Source: Desulfotalea psychrophila LSv54 (GTDB taxonomy: Bacteria; Desulfobacterota; Desulfobulbia; Desulfobulbales; Desulfocapsaceae). Taken from it: a stretch of DNA of 32,000 bases. This document shows, one piece after another, positions 8,122 to 17,324 of the stretch. The notes below the pieces were generated by a model that worked only from the letters and a program-made list of their open reading frames with translations, was not told where the DNA came from and did not search any database. Positions within the stretch are counted from its first letter, which is position 1. Each line of letters begins with the position of its first letter. The translations under genes were made by a program, and so were the position numbers. The stretch is from assembly GCF_000025945.1 (NCBI RefSeq), contig NC_006138.1:660001-692000 (forward strand), written 5' to 3'.

Positions 8122-10050
8122 ATGAGTCGATGGAATATCAGTAATGTTATCTATTATAGCAAACACAACTCAAAAAGAATACTAGAATTCAAGCCAAATA
8201 ATGTAACCATTATAACTGGAGCATCAAACACAGGCAAGTCAGCAATAATAAACTCAATTGATTATTGCTTGGGTTCATCAAAATGCAATGTTGCTTCTTT
8301 TATTTTGGAGCGCACAACCCATATTGCAACGAAATGGACTAATGGTTCGCTTGACTTTTTTGTAGCAAGAGAAATAGGAAAAGAAGGTAGTGTTTCGAAT
8401 AAAATGTATATTGAATATGGATCATCTGTAAATATCCCAGAAACACCATTAAATTTTGCAGGGAAAGGAACAAAGGATGAAGTTAGGCTAATTATTGAAT
8501 CTTTATTTGGAATTTCAGGAGTAAATGATTCAATATTGAAAATCAATAAAAACAGAATTACTCTTAGACAAATAGTTCCTTTTTTATTTCTGGACAAAAG
8601 TGTTATAGATAGTGATAAAATTATTTTCCATGGGCTGGATGACACCCGAAAGGCAAAATATATTATAGATTCATTGCCATATTTTTTAGGCGCACTTGAT
8701 AAAGAAGAGCTAGATGCCATAAGAAAACTAAAAGGATTAGAAAAGGGCGTTGAAAATGAGGATAAAAATGAGAAAAAACATGATTCCCTCCAGCAAGACT
8801 TCATTGAGAGTGCAAAATCTCTATTATTGGAAGCTGTACAGGGTGGCATAATTGAAAACCATAGTTTCCCGAACAACAAAAACAAATTACTTGAGGAATT
8901 GAACAATATACTCCATTGGAAACCTGTAAACATCTTGATAGAAAATCAAGACGTTTTAGATGACTTGGAGCAGAGAAAAGAAATCCTTTTAATCGAAGTA
9001 AATAAATTAAAAAGAAAACTTAAAGCTGCAAAATTTGACGAAAATAACAAGAAAGAATTCCACAACATATTGTCAAGTCAAACTTCAAAATTAAATATTG
9101 GCAAATATTTTGGTGATGACGAACATCGGTGCCCAGTCTGCTCTTCAAAACTAGCATCTTCTTCCCATATTGCAACCCAAATAAAACTATCTTTCGATAA
9201 ATTAAAAAAAGAAAGCTTAGCACTAAAGAATCACCGCCCTAGGTTGGATAAATTTATTCTTGAAATTGAAGACAATACCAACAGAGCCAAAAATGAACTC
9301 GCAATAATCAATAACAATATTTCTAATTTAATCCAGAAATCAAAAGAAGCAGAAAAGCAAAAAGATAAAAACAATAATGGAGATCGTATAATAGGGCGAA
9401 TATCATATTTCCTGGAAAATCAAAATGATTCCAAGAGTTTTAATCCAGAGAAAAAACTTCAATACCTAAATGAAATCGAAGAAATTAACGAAAGATATGG
9501 AAATAGCCAAAGAAAAGAAAAAGTACAAATTGCAGAGCGAGTTATTTCCACAATCGCAACAAAAAATTTAATAGATTTACCCAAGGGGGTACCCTGCATA
9601 AATAGTACTATCAATTTTTTCTCTAAAGAACCAAAGATCATATTGTCTGACAATAATTCTAATATTGATTATCAATTTGCAAATATTGGCTCGGATGAAA
9701 ATTATTTAAGCATACACCTATCTTTTGCATTTGCAATGCAAGAATTTTTTAAAAGTAACAGTAGCCCCGTCCCAGGAGTTTTGATCTTAGATCAAGTTAG
9801 TAGGCCATATTACTCAAATGACAATGATTCAGATGAGCTTGAGATTGATAATGAAAATGATGACAAGAAGGCGCTTGTAAAACATTTTGATTTTATATTT
9901 GATCAAGTAAAAAAACAAAAGGACTTGCAGGTCATTATTTTGGAACATGCTTACTTAAGTAATAGTAAAAAATACACAGATTCCACCAAATATAGATGGC
10001 CTAAAAAAAGTTCTGAAAAGCTTATTCCTTCTCACTGGCCAACAGAATAA
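8122..10050 (+). CDS. DUF3732-like Rad50/SMC-type ABC ATPase of an ABC-3C system
   Basis: ORF track gives 8029 start; Met at 8122 (MSRWNISNVIYYSKHNSKR) avoids overlap with the previous gene and follows aggaataaaatt. Walker A GASNTGKS at 8218-8241, coiled-coil-rich middle, CPVC at 9130-9141, NIGSDENYLSIHLS and VPGVLILDQVSRPYY (Walker B-like), VIILEHAYL. Confidence 0.85.
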   Translation: MSRWNISNVIYYSKHNSKRILEFKPNNVTIITGASNTGKSAIINSIDYCLGSSKCNVASFILERTTHIATKWTNGSLDFFVAREIGKEGSVSNKMYIEYGSSVNIPETPLNFAGKGTKDEVRLIIESLFGISGVNDSILKINKNRITLRQIVPFLFLDKSVIDSDKIIFHGLDDTRKAKYIIDSLPYFLGALDKEELDAIRKLKGLEKGVENEDKNEKKHDSLQQDFIESAKSLLLEAVQGGIIENHSFPNNKNKLLEELNNILHWKPVNILIENQDVLDDLEQRKEILLIEVNKLKRKLKAAKFDENNKKEFHNILSSQTSKLNIGKYFGDDEHRCPVCSSKLASSSHIATQIKLSFDKLKKESLALKNHRPRLDKFILEIEDNTNRAKNELAIINNNISNLIQKSKEAEKQKDKNNNGDRIIGRISYFLENQNDSKSFNPEKKLQYLNEIEEINERYGNSQRKEKVQIAERVISTIATKNLIDLPKGVPCINSTINFFSKEPKIILSDNNSNIDYQFANIGSDENYLSIHLSFAFAMQEFFKSNSSPVPGVLILDQVSRPYYSNDNDSDELEIDNENDDKKALVKHFDFIFDQVKKQKDLQVIILEHAYLSNSKKYTDSTKYRWPKKSSEKLIPSHWPTE

Positions 10051-10153
10051 AAGCCCAAAACTTTGATAGCAGAACATGCTTCTGTTTTATTGCAAGTGCT
10101 ACGATCCTAAAAGAAACAGGTCCACTTAAACATAAATTTCAAGAGGTGAATAA

Positions 10154-10336
10154 ATGGATAACGAAATTACTATTCAGTATAATGGCAAGTTCTATTCAGC
10201 AGAATATCTTGTAACAGAGGACATCCTGACGGTCTATTTGCCCGATGGTGGGATCGCAGAGTCTGAGTTAAAAGGGCTTAAAGCAGAGTCAGCCGCAGGT
10301 GTACATATAAAATCATATATAAGACTAAACAGCTAA
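10154..10336 (+). CDS. Small hypothetical protein
   Basis: 60 aa MDNEITIQYNGKFYSAEYLVTEDILTVYLPDGGIAESELKGLKAESAAGVHIKSYIRLNS; preceded by aagaggtgaataa (good RBS spacing). Confidence 0.5.
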   Translation: MDNEITIQYNGKFYSAEYLVTEDILTVYLPDGGIAESELKGLKAESAAGVHIKSYIRLNS

Positions 10337-10502
10337 CAGGTTGCTGTACGCAGCTAGGGCTACAGCTATTCAGATGGGCCTTCGCCCAAGCCTCCATCCG
10401 CCACCACGGTGCGGGGATGCCTCTTCTGACAGCTGAAAACTGAGGCTTATAGCTTTTTTCTCCCTGACAGCTTACAGCTGAAGACTTACAGCTATTCCCC
10501 AC

Positions 10503-10533
10503 CATTGATGGGCACACTCCGCTAATCGCTCCA
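10503..10533 (+). repeat. 31-nt direct repeat, copy 1
   Basis: CATTGATGGGCACACTCCGCTAATCGCTCCA, exact second copy at 10783-10813. Confidence 0.9.
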
Positions 10534-10782
10534 CTTCACCATCCTGCCAAGACCGTCGCACCCCCGCCTCCAACCACTCGACAAGAAGAGCATTTCTACC
10601 TGCTCATTGCACAAAAACAGCTTCGATTTCTGCAAGGCTATTACCAACGAAAAAGGAGTGTTTTTAACTCCTCCCTTCGGCGAGGGGAGGTTGGGTGGGG
10701 AGCGACAAATTCTTCTACCAAACCAGCTATTTTGACCTTTCCTCTGCCCTTTTTTTCTGCCGACAGACAACTACATGCACCG

Positions 10783-10813
10783 CATTGATGGGCACACTCC
10801 GCTAATCGCTCCA
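10783..10813 (+). repeat. 31-nt direct repeat, copy 2
   Basis: Exact match to 10503-10533. A second direct repeat, CATCCTACTTCATGGGC.GGG.GTGCAG, is at about 10827-10856 and 10937-10965. Confidence 0.9.
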
Positions 10814-10989
10814 TTTTGCCCATCCTACATCCTACTTCATGGGCAGGGCGTGCAGATGCCCTTTCTTTTTCTGACAGCTGACAGCTGACAGCTTATGGCT
10901 TTTTTCCTCTGATAGCTGAAGGCTCACAGCTTTTTCCATCCTACTTCATGGGCGGGGTGTGCAGGTGCAGGCGTGGTGCGGGCATAAAA

Positions 10990-11019
10990 AAAGGGGTCTC
11001 CTTGGCGAGAGACCCCTTT
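10990..11019 (-). terminator. Rho-independent terminator for the DUF2959 gene
   Basis: aaaggggtctc-cttggc-gagagacccctttaaaaaa; on the minus strand the hairpin is followed by a T-run. Confidence 0.85.
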
Positions 11020-11047
11020 AAAAAACTGTTATTTGCCCTGCAAAGGC

Positions 11048-11722
11048 CTATAGGGCCATTTTCATGGCCGTGGCAGGGGCTAGGGAAGGGTCTTTGATAA
11101 AGGCGTTGGAGGAGGCTATAGCCTGCTTCATTTGCTTTATGAGGGTGTTGATGTCGGCTTTCAGGCTGCGGAACTCGCCACGGAGGGAGCCGATGGCCTG
11201 GGCATTGAGATTATGCTTGAGGAAGAGGACATTATCCCGGAAGGTCTTGAGGACAGGGTCCATGCTGGCCTCGGCCCGGTGCATGCTCCTGATCATCGTC
11301 TGATACTTGGCCTTGGTGAGTCGTAACTGTCCCTTGCTCTTGTTGCGCAGGCTGGCGCTCTGGTAGAGGGCAAGCTCAGCCTCCCACTCAGCAAAGAGGG
11401 CGTCGGCCACCAACTCCACCCGATCTATGCGGTTGGAGACCGTTTCAGCCGCATCGGAGATGCTCTCATACTCATCGTTCAGGGACTCATAGGCTCGCTT
11501 GAGGTCGGTATCCTCCAATCGCACCACGGAATCAAATTGCTGGAGGGCGGAGGTAAAATCTTCCTGGGCCTCTTCCTGAGATTCCTGAGCCGCCTTGACC
11601 CGATCAACCATAATATCCCGCTTATGATAGCCGACCTTCTCCATGGCCCCGTAGTAGGTGCTGGCACAGGAAGTGAGAGAGAAGAGCATTATTAGCAGAA
11701 GCCCTGTCATATATTTTTCCAT
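11048..11722 (-). CDS. DUF2959 family lipoprotein
   Basis: 224 aa, lipobox LTSCAS; YYGAMEKVGYHKRDIMVDRVKAAQESQEEAQEDFTSALQQF characteristic of DUF2959. Confidence 0.85.
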   Translation of the reverse strand: MEKYMTGLLLIMLFSLTSCASTYYGAMEKVGYHKRDIMVDRVKAAQESQEEAQEDFTSALQQFDSVVRLEDTDLKRAYESLNDEYESISDAAETVSNRIDRVELVADALFAEWEAELALYQSASLRNKSKGQLRLTKAKYQTMIRSMHRAEASMDPVLKTFRDNVLFLKHNLNAQAIGSLRGEFRSLKADINTLIKQMKQAIASSNAFIKDPSLAPATAMKMAL

Positions 11723-11842
11723 CGATTACCCCTTAATCTATAAATAAACTCGCCATGGCGAACAAAGAACTGACTAGGAGTATCTTAGCAAAAAAGAAGG
11801 GGAAGGGCTAGAGGGAGAGAAATGGAGATGAAACAAAAAAAG

Positions 11843-11870
11843 CGACCAAGAAGAAATCTTCTTGGTCGCT
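11843..11870 (-). terminator. Terminator downstream of tRNA-Gly
   Basis: gcgaccaagaag-aaat-cttcttggtcgc perfect 12-bp inverted repeat with an A-run at 11835-11842 (T-run on the minus strand). Confidence 0.85.
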
Positions 11871-11877
11871 TTATATA

Positions 11878-11952
<75 letters not shown>

Positions 11953-12264
11953 ATATATGCGCTCTGTGCCGATGTATATACCAGAGCCCGTCAACAGCGT
12001 CAAGTTTTTTCTGCCATGTTTTTTCTTTTAAAAGCAGCCCCTAACAGGGGCCAGCACCCTTAAATGATGCTATTTTTTTGTTTTTCCGTCCTTTCCGCCC
12101 CACGACGGATTTTATCCTCTGGCAAAAAAAATTATCGCAGCCAAAAAAAATCAGGAGCAGGGGCAACACAGCTAAGAATTATTATTGAAATTATTTAAGC
12201 CACTCCTGTAATATAGGGGAATACGCTATCCCTATTCCCCCACAGACCAGTTCAGGAGAAGAGC

Positions 12265-14616
12265 ATGAACTCTCGTATCGAGCGACTTCGACAAAAAAGT
12301 TTTTCCACCCAAGCAAGCATATCCATCGAACGCGCCCTGCTCGAAACAGAGTTCTATAAGGAGAACAGCGGTAAATACCCCCTGCCCATCCTCCGCGCCC
12401 TCTGCTTTCAACATCTCTGCCAACATAAGACACTCTATATTGGCGACGATGAGCTGATTGTAGGTGAACGCGGGCCCTCGCCCAAGGCCGTACCCACATT
12501 CCCCGAGCTCACCTGCCACAGCGCAGAGGATCTGCATATCCTCAACGATCGCCCCATGACCAACTACCGACTCAGCGATGAGGATATTAACAGGTATGAG
12601 GAGGAGGTCATTCCCTACTGGCAGGGGCGGAGCATGCGGGATCGTATCTTTAAAAATGCGCCTGAAGAGTGGCGACAAGCCTATCAGGCAGGTCTCTTTA
12701 CAGAGTTTATGGAACAGCGTGCCCCGGGCCATACCGCCCTCGATGGCACCATCTACCGAGAGGGGATGCTCGACTTTAAGGCCCGCATTGCCGGACGGAT
12801 AGCAAGACTGGACTTCCTGACCGACCCCAGGGCTGCCGATCAGCGCGAAGAGCTACAGGCCATGGATATCTCCTGTAATGCGGCCATCATCTTTGCCAAA
12901 AGACATGCCGAACTGGCTGAGAGAATGGCAGATAAGGAGGAAGGTGAGCGCCGCCAGGAGTTACTGGAGATTGCCAGGATCTGTCGCTGGGTACCTGCTC
13001 ATGCTCCTCGCACTATGCACGAGGCTATTCAAATGTACTGGTTTGTCCATCTGGGTACCATCACCGAACTCAATGGTTGGGATGCCATGACTCCGGGCCA
13101 TCTTGATCATCACCTCCATCCCTTTTATGAAAATGATTTGGCTAGCGGCATCCTTAACCGAGAGGGAGCCAAAGAACTTATGGCCTGCCTATGGATCAAG
13201 ATCAATAATCACACTGCTCCTCCTAAGGTAGGGGTCACCGCTAAAGAGAGCGGCACCTATAATGATTTCACTCAGATTAACCTGGGAGGCCTGCAGAGAA
13301 ATGGCCAGGATGGCAGCAATGAGATCAGCTATATTGCCCTGGAGGTATCCGATGAGCTCCATCTCCTTCAGCCACAACCCAGCATCCATTTAAGCCAACA
13401 GAGCCCGACCCGTCTTCTTGCCAGTGCCTGCGAGGTTGTACGAAAGGGTTATGGCTACCCTTCATTTTTTAATGCCGACGGAGTAGTTACTCAACTGGTC
13501 CGGGCTGGAAAGAGTCTGGAAGATGCTCGGGAGGGTGGCACCAGTGGTTGCATTGAAACCGGGGCCTTCGGTAAGGAGGCATATATTCTCACTGGCTATC
13601 TCAATGTCCCGAAGATACTAGAGATCACCCTCCATAACGGCATTGATCCACTCAGCGGTATTCGGGTGGGACTAGAGACTGGCGAAGCCAGTTTTTTTCA
13701 AACGTTTTCTGCCCTCTATAAGGCCTTTGAACAACAGCTGAACCATATCATCCAACTGAAGGTGCGGATGAATAACTATATTGAGCGAATGTACGGCAAA
13801 TACTCTCCTGCCCCCTTTCTCTCCGTGGTCATCCACGACTGTATTGAAAAGGGCCGTGACTACTACGATGCCGGCCCCCGCTACAACAGCAACTATATCC
13901 AGTGCTGCGGTATTGGTACCGTCACCGACAGCCTCTCGGCCCTGAAGACCCATGTTTTTGAGGGCGAGCTGAGTATGGAGAAAATGGTAAAAACCCTGGC
14001 CAGCAACTTCCAGGGTGAAGAGGAGTTAAGAGCAGATCTGCTCAATAATACACCATTTTATGGCAATAACGATGATCTGGCCGATGACATCATGCAGAGG
14101 GTTTACCACAGCCTCTTCCAAGGCATTGACGGACAGAAAAACACCAAGGGTGGAGAGTATCATCTCAATATGCTCTCCACCACCTGCCATGTCTACTTTG
14201 GCAAGATGCTAGGGGCAAGTGCCAACGGTCGACTGGCCGGACTGCCCACCTCGGATGGGACATCCCCCTCCCAGGGGGCCGACCTGCAGGGGCCAACGGC
14301 GGTAATCAAATCTCTGGGCAAGATGGACCAGTATAAGTCCGGAGGTACCCTTCTCAATCAACGTTTTCTGCCCGCGGCCCTGAAAGACGAGAGTGACCTG
14401 AAAAACCTCGGACACCTGATCCGCACCTACTTCTCCCTAGGCGGCCACCATATTCAGTTCAATGTGGTGGACTCTAAAACCCTGAAGAAGGCCCAGCAAC
14501 ATCCCGATCAGTATAAAAATCTCCTGGTTCGGGTGGCGGGCTACAGCGACTATTTTGTCGATCTGGATCGGGCTCATCAGGAAGAGATTATCAGTCGTAC
14601 CGGCCACGGTGCCTAG
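12265..14616 (+). CDS. Glycyl radical enzyme (PFL family), HypD (trans-4-hydroxy-L-proline dehydratase)-like
   Basis: 783 aa; Gly-radical motif RVAGYSDYF (Gly759), active-site GGTSGCIETG (Cys429, Glu431), TEFMEQRAPGHT..GTIY, NGWDAMTPGHLDHHL, KESGTYNDFTQINLGG, all close to recalled C. difficile HypD. Confidence 0.85.
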   Translation: MNSRIERLRQKSFSTQASISIERALLETEFYKENSGKYPLPILRALCFQHLCQHKTLYIGDDELIVGERGPSPKAVPTFPELTCHSAEDLHILNDRPMTNYRLSDEDINRYEEEVIPYWQGRSMRDRIFKNAPEEWRQAYQAGLFTEFMEQRAPGHTALDGTIYREGMLDFKARIAGRIARLDFLTDPRAADQREELQAMDISCNAAIIFAKRHAELAERMADKEEGERRQELLEIARICRWVPAHAPRTMHEAIQMYWFVHLGTITELNGWDAMTPGHLDHHLHPFYENDLASGILNREGAKELMACLWIKINNHTAPPKVGVTAKESGTYNDFTQINLGGLQRNGQDGSNEISYIALEVSDELHLLQPQPSIHLSQQSPTRLLASACEVVRKGYGYPSFFNADGVVTQLVRAGKSLEDAREGGTSGCIETGAFGKEAYILTGYLNVPKILEITLHNGIDPLSGIRVGLETGEASFFQTFSALYKAFEQQLNHIIQLKVRMNNYIERMYGKYSPAPFLSVVIHDCIEKGRDYYDAGPRYNSNYIQCCGIGTVTDSLSALKTHVFEGELSMEKMVKTLASNFQGEEELRADLLNNTPFYGNNDDLADDIMQRVYHSLFQGIDGQKNTKGGEYHLNMLSTTCHVYFGKMLGASANGRLAGLPTSDGTSPSQGADLQGPTAVIKSLGKMDQYKSGGTLLNQRFLPAALKDESDLKNLGHLIRTYFSLGGHHIQFNVVDSKTLKKAQQHPDQYKNLLVRVAGYSDYFVDLDRAHQEEIISRTGHGA

Positions 14617-14625
14617 GCCCCAAAC

Positions 14626-14665
14626 AAAAAAATCCCCCTGAAGCCTTGCTTCAGGGGGATTTTTA
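14626..14665. terminator. Bidirectional rho-independent terminator between convergent genes
   Basis: aaaaaatccccctgaagc-ctt-gcttcagggggattttta, 14-bp stem with A- and T-runs on both sides. Confidence 0.95.
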
Positions 14666-14688
14666 TCGTTGAGCTTAGGCTCGTCTAC

Positions 14689-15885
14689 CTACGACTTAAG
14701 AGCCTCGGCAATGGCATCACAGACATAGTCTATATTGCTGGCAGTAAGACCAGCAAGATTAATCCGACCACCACCCACCACATAGATACTCTTCTCCTTA
14801 CGAAGCCAGGCAACAATCTCATCGGAGAGACCACTAAAAGAGAACATACCAGACTGCTCGGTAATAAAGCTGAAATCCTGATCAACCCCGCGTGAACTCA
14901 AGCCCTCTACCAGAGCAACGCGCATGGCGATGATGCGCTCGCGCATATCCTGCAGCTCCTGCTGCCAGAGATCATAGAGTTCAGGGTCACTCAAAATAGT
15001 AGCTGCCACCAGGCCACCATGGGCTGGAGGATTAGAGTAGACAACCCGGATGGTCTTCTTCAGATGACTGAGGGCCACAGCCGCACTTGCTTGATTTGCA
15101 GCAACCACGGTAATTGCTCCGGTACGCTCATTATACATACCAAAGTTCTTGGAAAAAGAGCTGGCGACAAAAAAATCAATCCCCGCCTCGGCACAGAGCT
15201 CTATGGCACAGCGATCCTCGGAGGTGCCGACGCCAAAGCCCTGATAGGCAAAGTCAAGAAAGGGAATCCAGTTCCTCTCTTGAGCAATGGCTACAACCTG
15301 ATGCCACTGCTCCAGTGTCAAATCAACACCGGTGGGATTATGACAGCAGGCATGAAGAAGGACAATATCACCCTCAGGTACTGCCCGCAGACTCATCAGC
15401 ATGGCCTGAAAATCAACGCTACGGTGAGTCTCATCATAGTATGGATAGTGAGCAATCTCAAAACCTGTGCTGGAAAAGATACCCGTATGGTTGGCCCAGG
15501 TGGGAGTGCTTACCCATACCTTGGCCTCAGGGAAAAATGTCTTCAACAGCCCCGCCCCCATCCTCAGGGCACCTGTGCCACCGGGGGCATGGGCTGTGAT
15601 CGCCCGTTTTGAGCTGATAACTTCACTCTCTTCACCAAAGAGCAGCTTCTGTACGTTTTCTGTATAGGCGGGGGCACCGGATATAGGCAGATAGACCTTG
15701 CTTTCCTCGGTTTCAATCAACCGAGCTTCAGCATTCTTCACACACTGTAAAATAGGGGTTGCTCCCTGTTCATCCTTATAAATGCCAACGCCAAGATTTA
15801 CCTTTGCAGGATTGGGGTCATTACGAAAGGCCTCGGTAAGACCTAAAATAGAATCCGCTGGTGCTGCCTCAATATTCTGCCACAT
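14689..15885 (-). CDS. Class I aminotransferase, aspartate/aromatic amino acid type (AspC/TyrB-like)
   Basis: 398 aa; KVNLGVGIYKDEQG, HACCHNPTGVDLT, SSFSKNFGMYNERTGA (PLP-lysine motif). Confidence 0.95.
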   Translation of the reverse strand: MWQNIEAAPADSILGLTEAFRNDPNPAKVNLGVGIYKDEQGATPILQCVKNAEARLIETEESKVYLPISGAPAYTENVQKLLFGEESEVISSKRAITAHAPGGTGALRMGAGLLKTFFPEAKVWVSTPTWANHTGIFSSTGFEIAHYPYYDETHRSVDFQAMLMSLRAVPEGDIVLLHACCHNPTGVDLTLEQWHQVVAIAQERNWIPFLDFAYQGFGVGTSEDRCAIELCAEAGIDFFVASSFSKNFGMYNERTGAITVVAANQASAAVALSHLKKTIRVVYSNPPAHGGLVAATILSDPELYDLWQQELQDMRERIIAMRVALVEGLSSRGVDQDFSFITEQSGMFSFSGLSDEIVAWLRKEKSIYVVGGGRINLAGLTASNIDYVCDAIAEALKS

Positions 15886-16166
15886 ACTTAACTGTCTCCT
15901 TGATGACTAAAAATTTTGTGAGCCCCGTAAAATACTCCTAGTCTGGGGATGATGTCAAGAACAAGGATTTTTGTTTTTTACAGCACCACTAGCTCGCCAT
16001 TTGCCAACAAGGATAAACTATTTACCACCCAAAAACAACGTGATCAGAAAATACTGACAACAGTTGAAGGTCGGTTTCTCACTGCAGAGACAGCCTACTG
16101 CCTGTTTAAACAGGCACAGTCGGCAATTTCACCCCTGCCACGAATGATTGATTGTCACAAGATCTT

Positions 16167-17324
16167 CTAGCTGTAGGAAAGCATTTCCAACATGATCTCT
16201 GCCGCACGGTCTGCGCCGGAGAGGCGCACCTCATGGCGGATGCCATCCTCCTCCTGCAGGGCGACAAGAAGCATAGTCTGTAACTCTTCAGCTGTAACCT
16301 CCTCCTCGGCAAAGACCTGAAAGCCATGGGCCACATTTTCCTGCAAGCTCTGCAGATGAATCTGCTGTTCCCGATCCCGCATGGCCCGCAGACAGACCAA
16401 GGCGGGAATACGCAGAGAGAGCAGGTCGACCAGACTATTATAGCCACCATAAATAACAGCTATGCGCGAGGCCGTCAGCGCCTGCAGATAGGCTCGGCCC
16501 GGTGGTTCGACCCTGCAGTGGTCAAGAGCGGCAAAGCCGGCATAGAGCCTTTTTGCCTCGGGAGAACCTTCCCCATCCATAAAGATCCGCCACGGGCCCC
16601 AGCCTCCGCCGACATTCTCCAGAGCAACAAGCAGGGCCTGAAGAAACTGCAGAGAGTGTTCACCCAGCCAGGGAATAGATATAACCCCGGCATAACTCTT
16701 CGCAACATCAGTCTGCTGCCCCTGCTCAAAAAAACGGCTTACATAACCACACTCCTGGGCCTCCTGCCCATAGGTATCCTTCAGGGTCTGCAGATGCCCT
16801 TCGCCTAAAACAGCCCGATCTCCATACCAGAGGAGAGATTTATAGTAGCGGGAGAAGATCCGGGCAGGGTAGTCGGACAGGGTCTGATTCACCCCTCCCA
16901 CAACCCCACGCACCCCCAACAGCCAATGCGCCGCCTGTCCCGCCTCTGACTCCAGGGCCGGCAGAAGTTCACGATGTTTGCCCTGAGGGGCATGATCTAC
17001 CAGTACAATTCGGGGGCGATAAACTTCCACCAGGCTCTGTAATTGTCTGGCCCGGAGAAGACCAAGAGCCTCATCGGTAAAACCACTCTCCCCCCTTATT
17101 CCCCGAGACTTTCCATCCACCACCATGGTCTTATAGGAGGGAAGCTTGCACCAATCCAGAGGAGCATCGGCAATCAACTCTCCACTCATGGCACAGCCAG
17201 AGACAAAGAGTACCTTAGCATCCGGTGCCAGGCGGCGTAGAGCGCTACCAATGGCAATACTCCGACTAGCATGGCCCAAACCTCGACCATCGTGGGCGTA
17301 AATTAAAATATCCAGTTGTGGCAT
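16167..17324 (-). CDS. MurG-like/COG4671-type predicted glycosyltransferase
   Basis: 385 aa; IYAHDGRGLGHASRSIAIGSALRRL N-terminus and IAVIYGGYNSLVDLLSLRIPALV near the C-terminus, a GT-B-like pattern. Confidence 0.75.
   Translation of the reverse strand: MPQLDILIYAHDGRGLGHASRSIAIGSALRRLAPDAKVLFVSGCAMSGELIADAPLDWCKLPSYKTMVVDGKSRGIRGESGFTDEALGLLRARQLQSLVEVYRPRIVLVDHAPQGKHRELLPALESEAGQAAHWLLGVRGVVGGVNQTLSDYPARIFSRYYKSLLWYGDRAVLGEGHLQTLKDTYGQEAQECGYVSRFFEQGQQTDVAKSYAGVISIPWLGEHSLQFLQALLVALENVGGGWGPWRIFMDGEGSPEAKRLYAGFAALDHCRVEPPGRAYLQALTASRIAVIYGGYNSLVDLLSLRIPALVCLRAMRDREQQIHLQSLQENVAHGFQVFAEEEVTAEELQTMLLVALQEEDGIRHEVRLSGADRAAEIMLEMLSYS

Noticed and set aside
8262-8933. 223-aa minus-strand ORF opposite the ATPase
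   Set aside because: Antisense shadow of a strongly supported ATPase gene in AT-rich DNA; no recognizable domain. The same applies to 6543..6755 and 6894..7277.
10340-10980. Possible CRISPR array
   Set aside because: The direct repeats are only two copies 280 bp apart with no regular spacer structure; short reiterated 'gacagctg' words are simple-sequence-like.
15949-16170. 73-aa plus-strand ORF between the aminotransferase and glycosyltransferase genes
   Set aside because: No RBS-like context or recognizable features; lies in the upstream region of the divergent/adjacent minus-strand genes.
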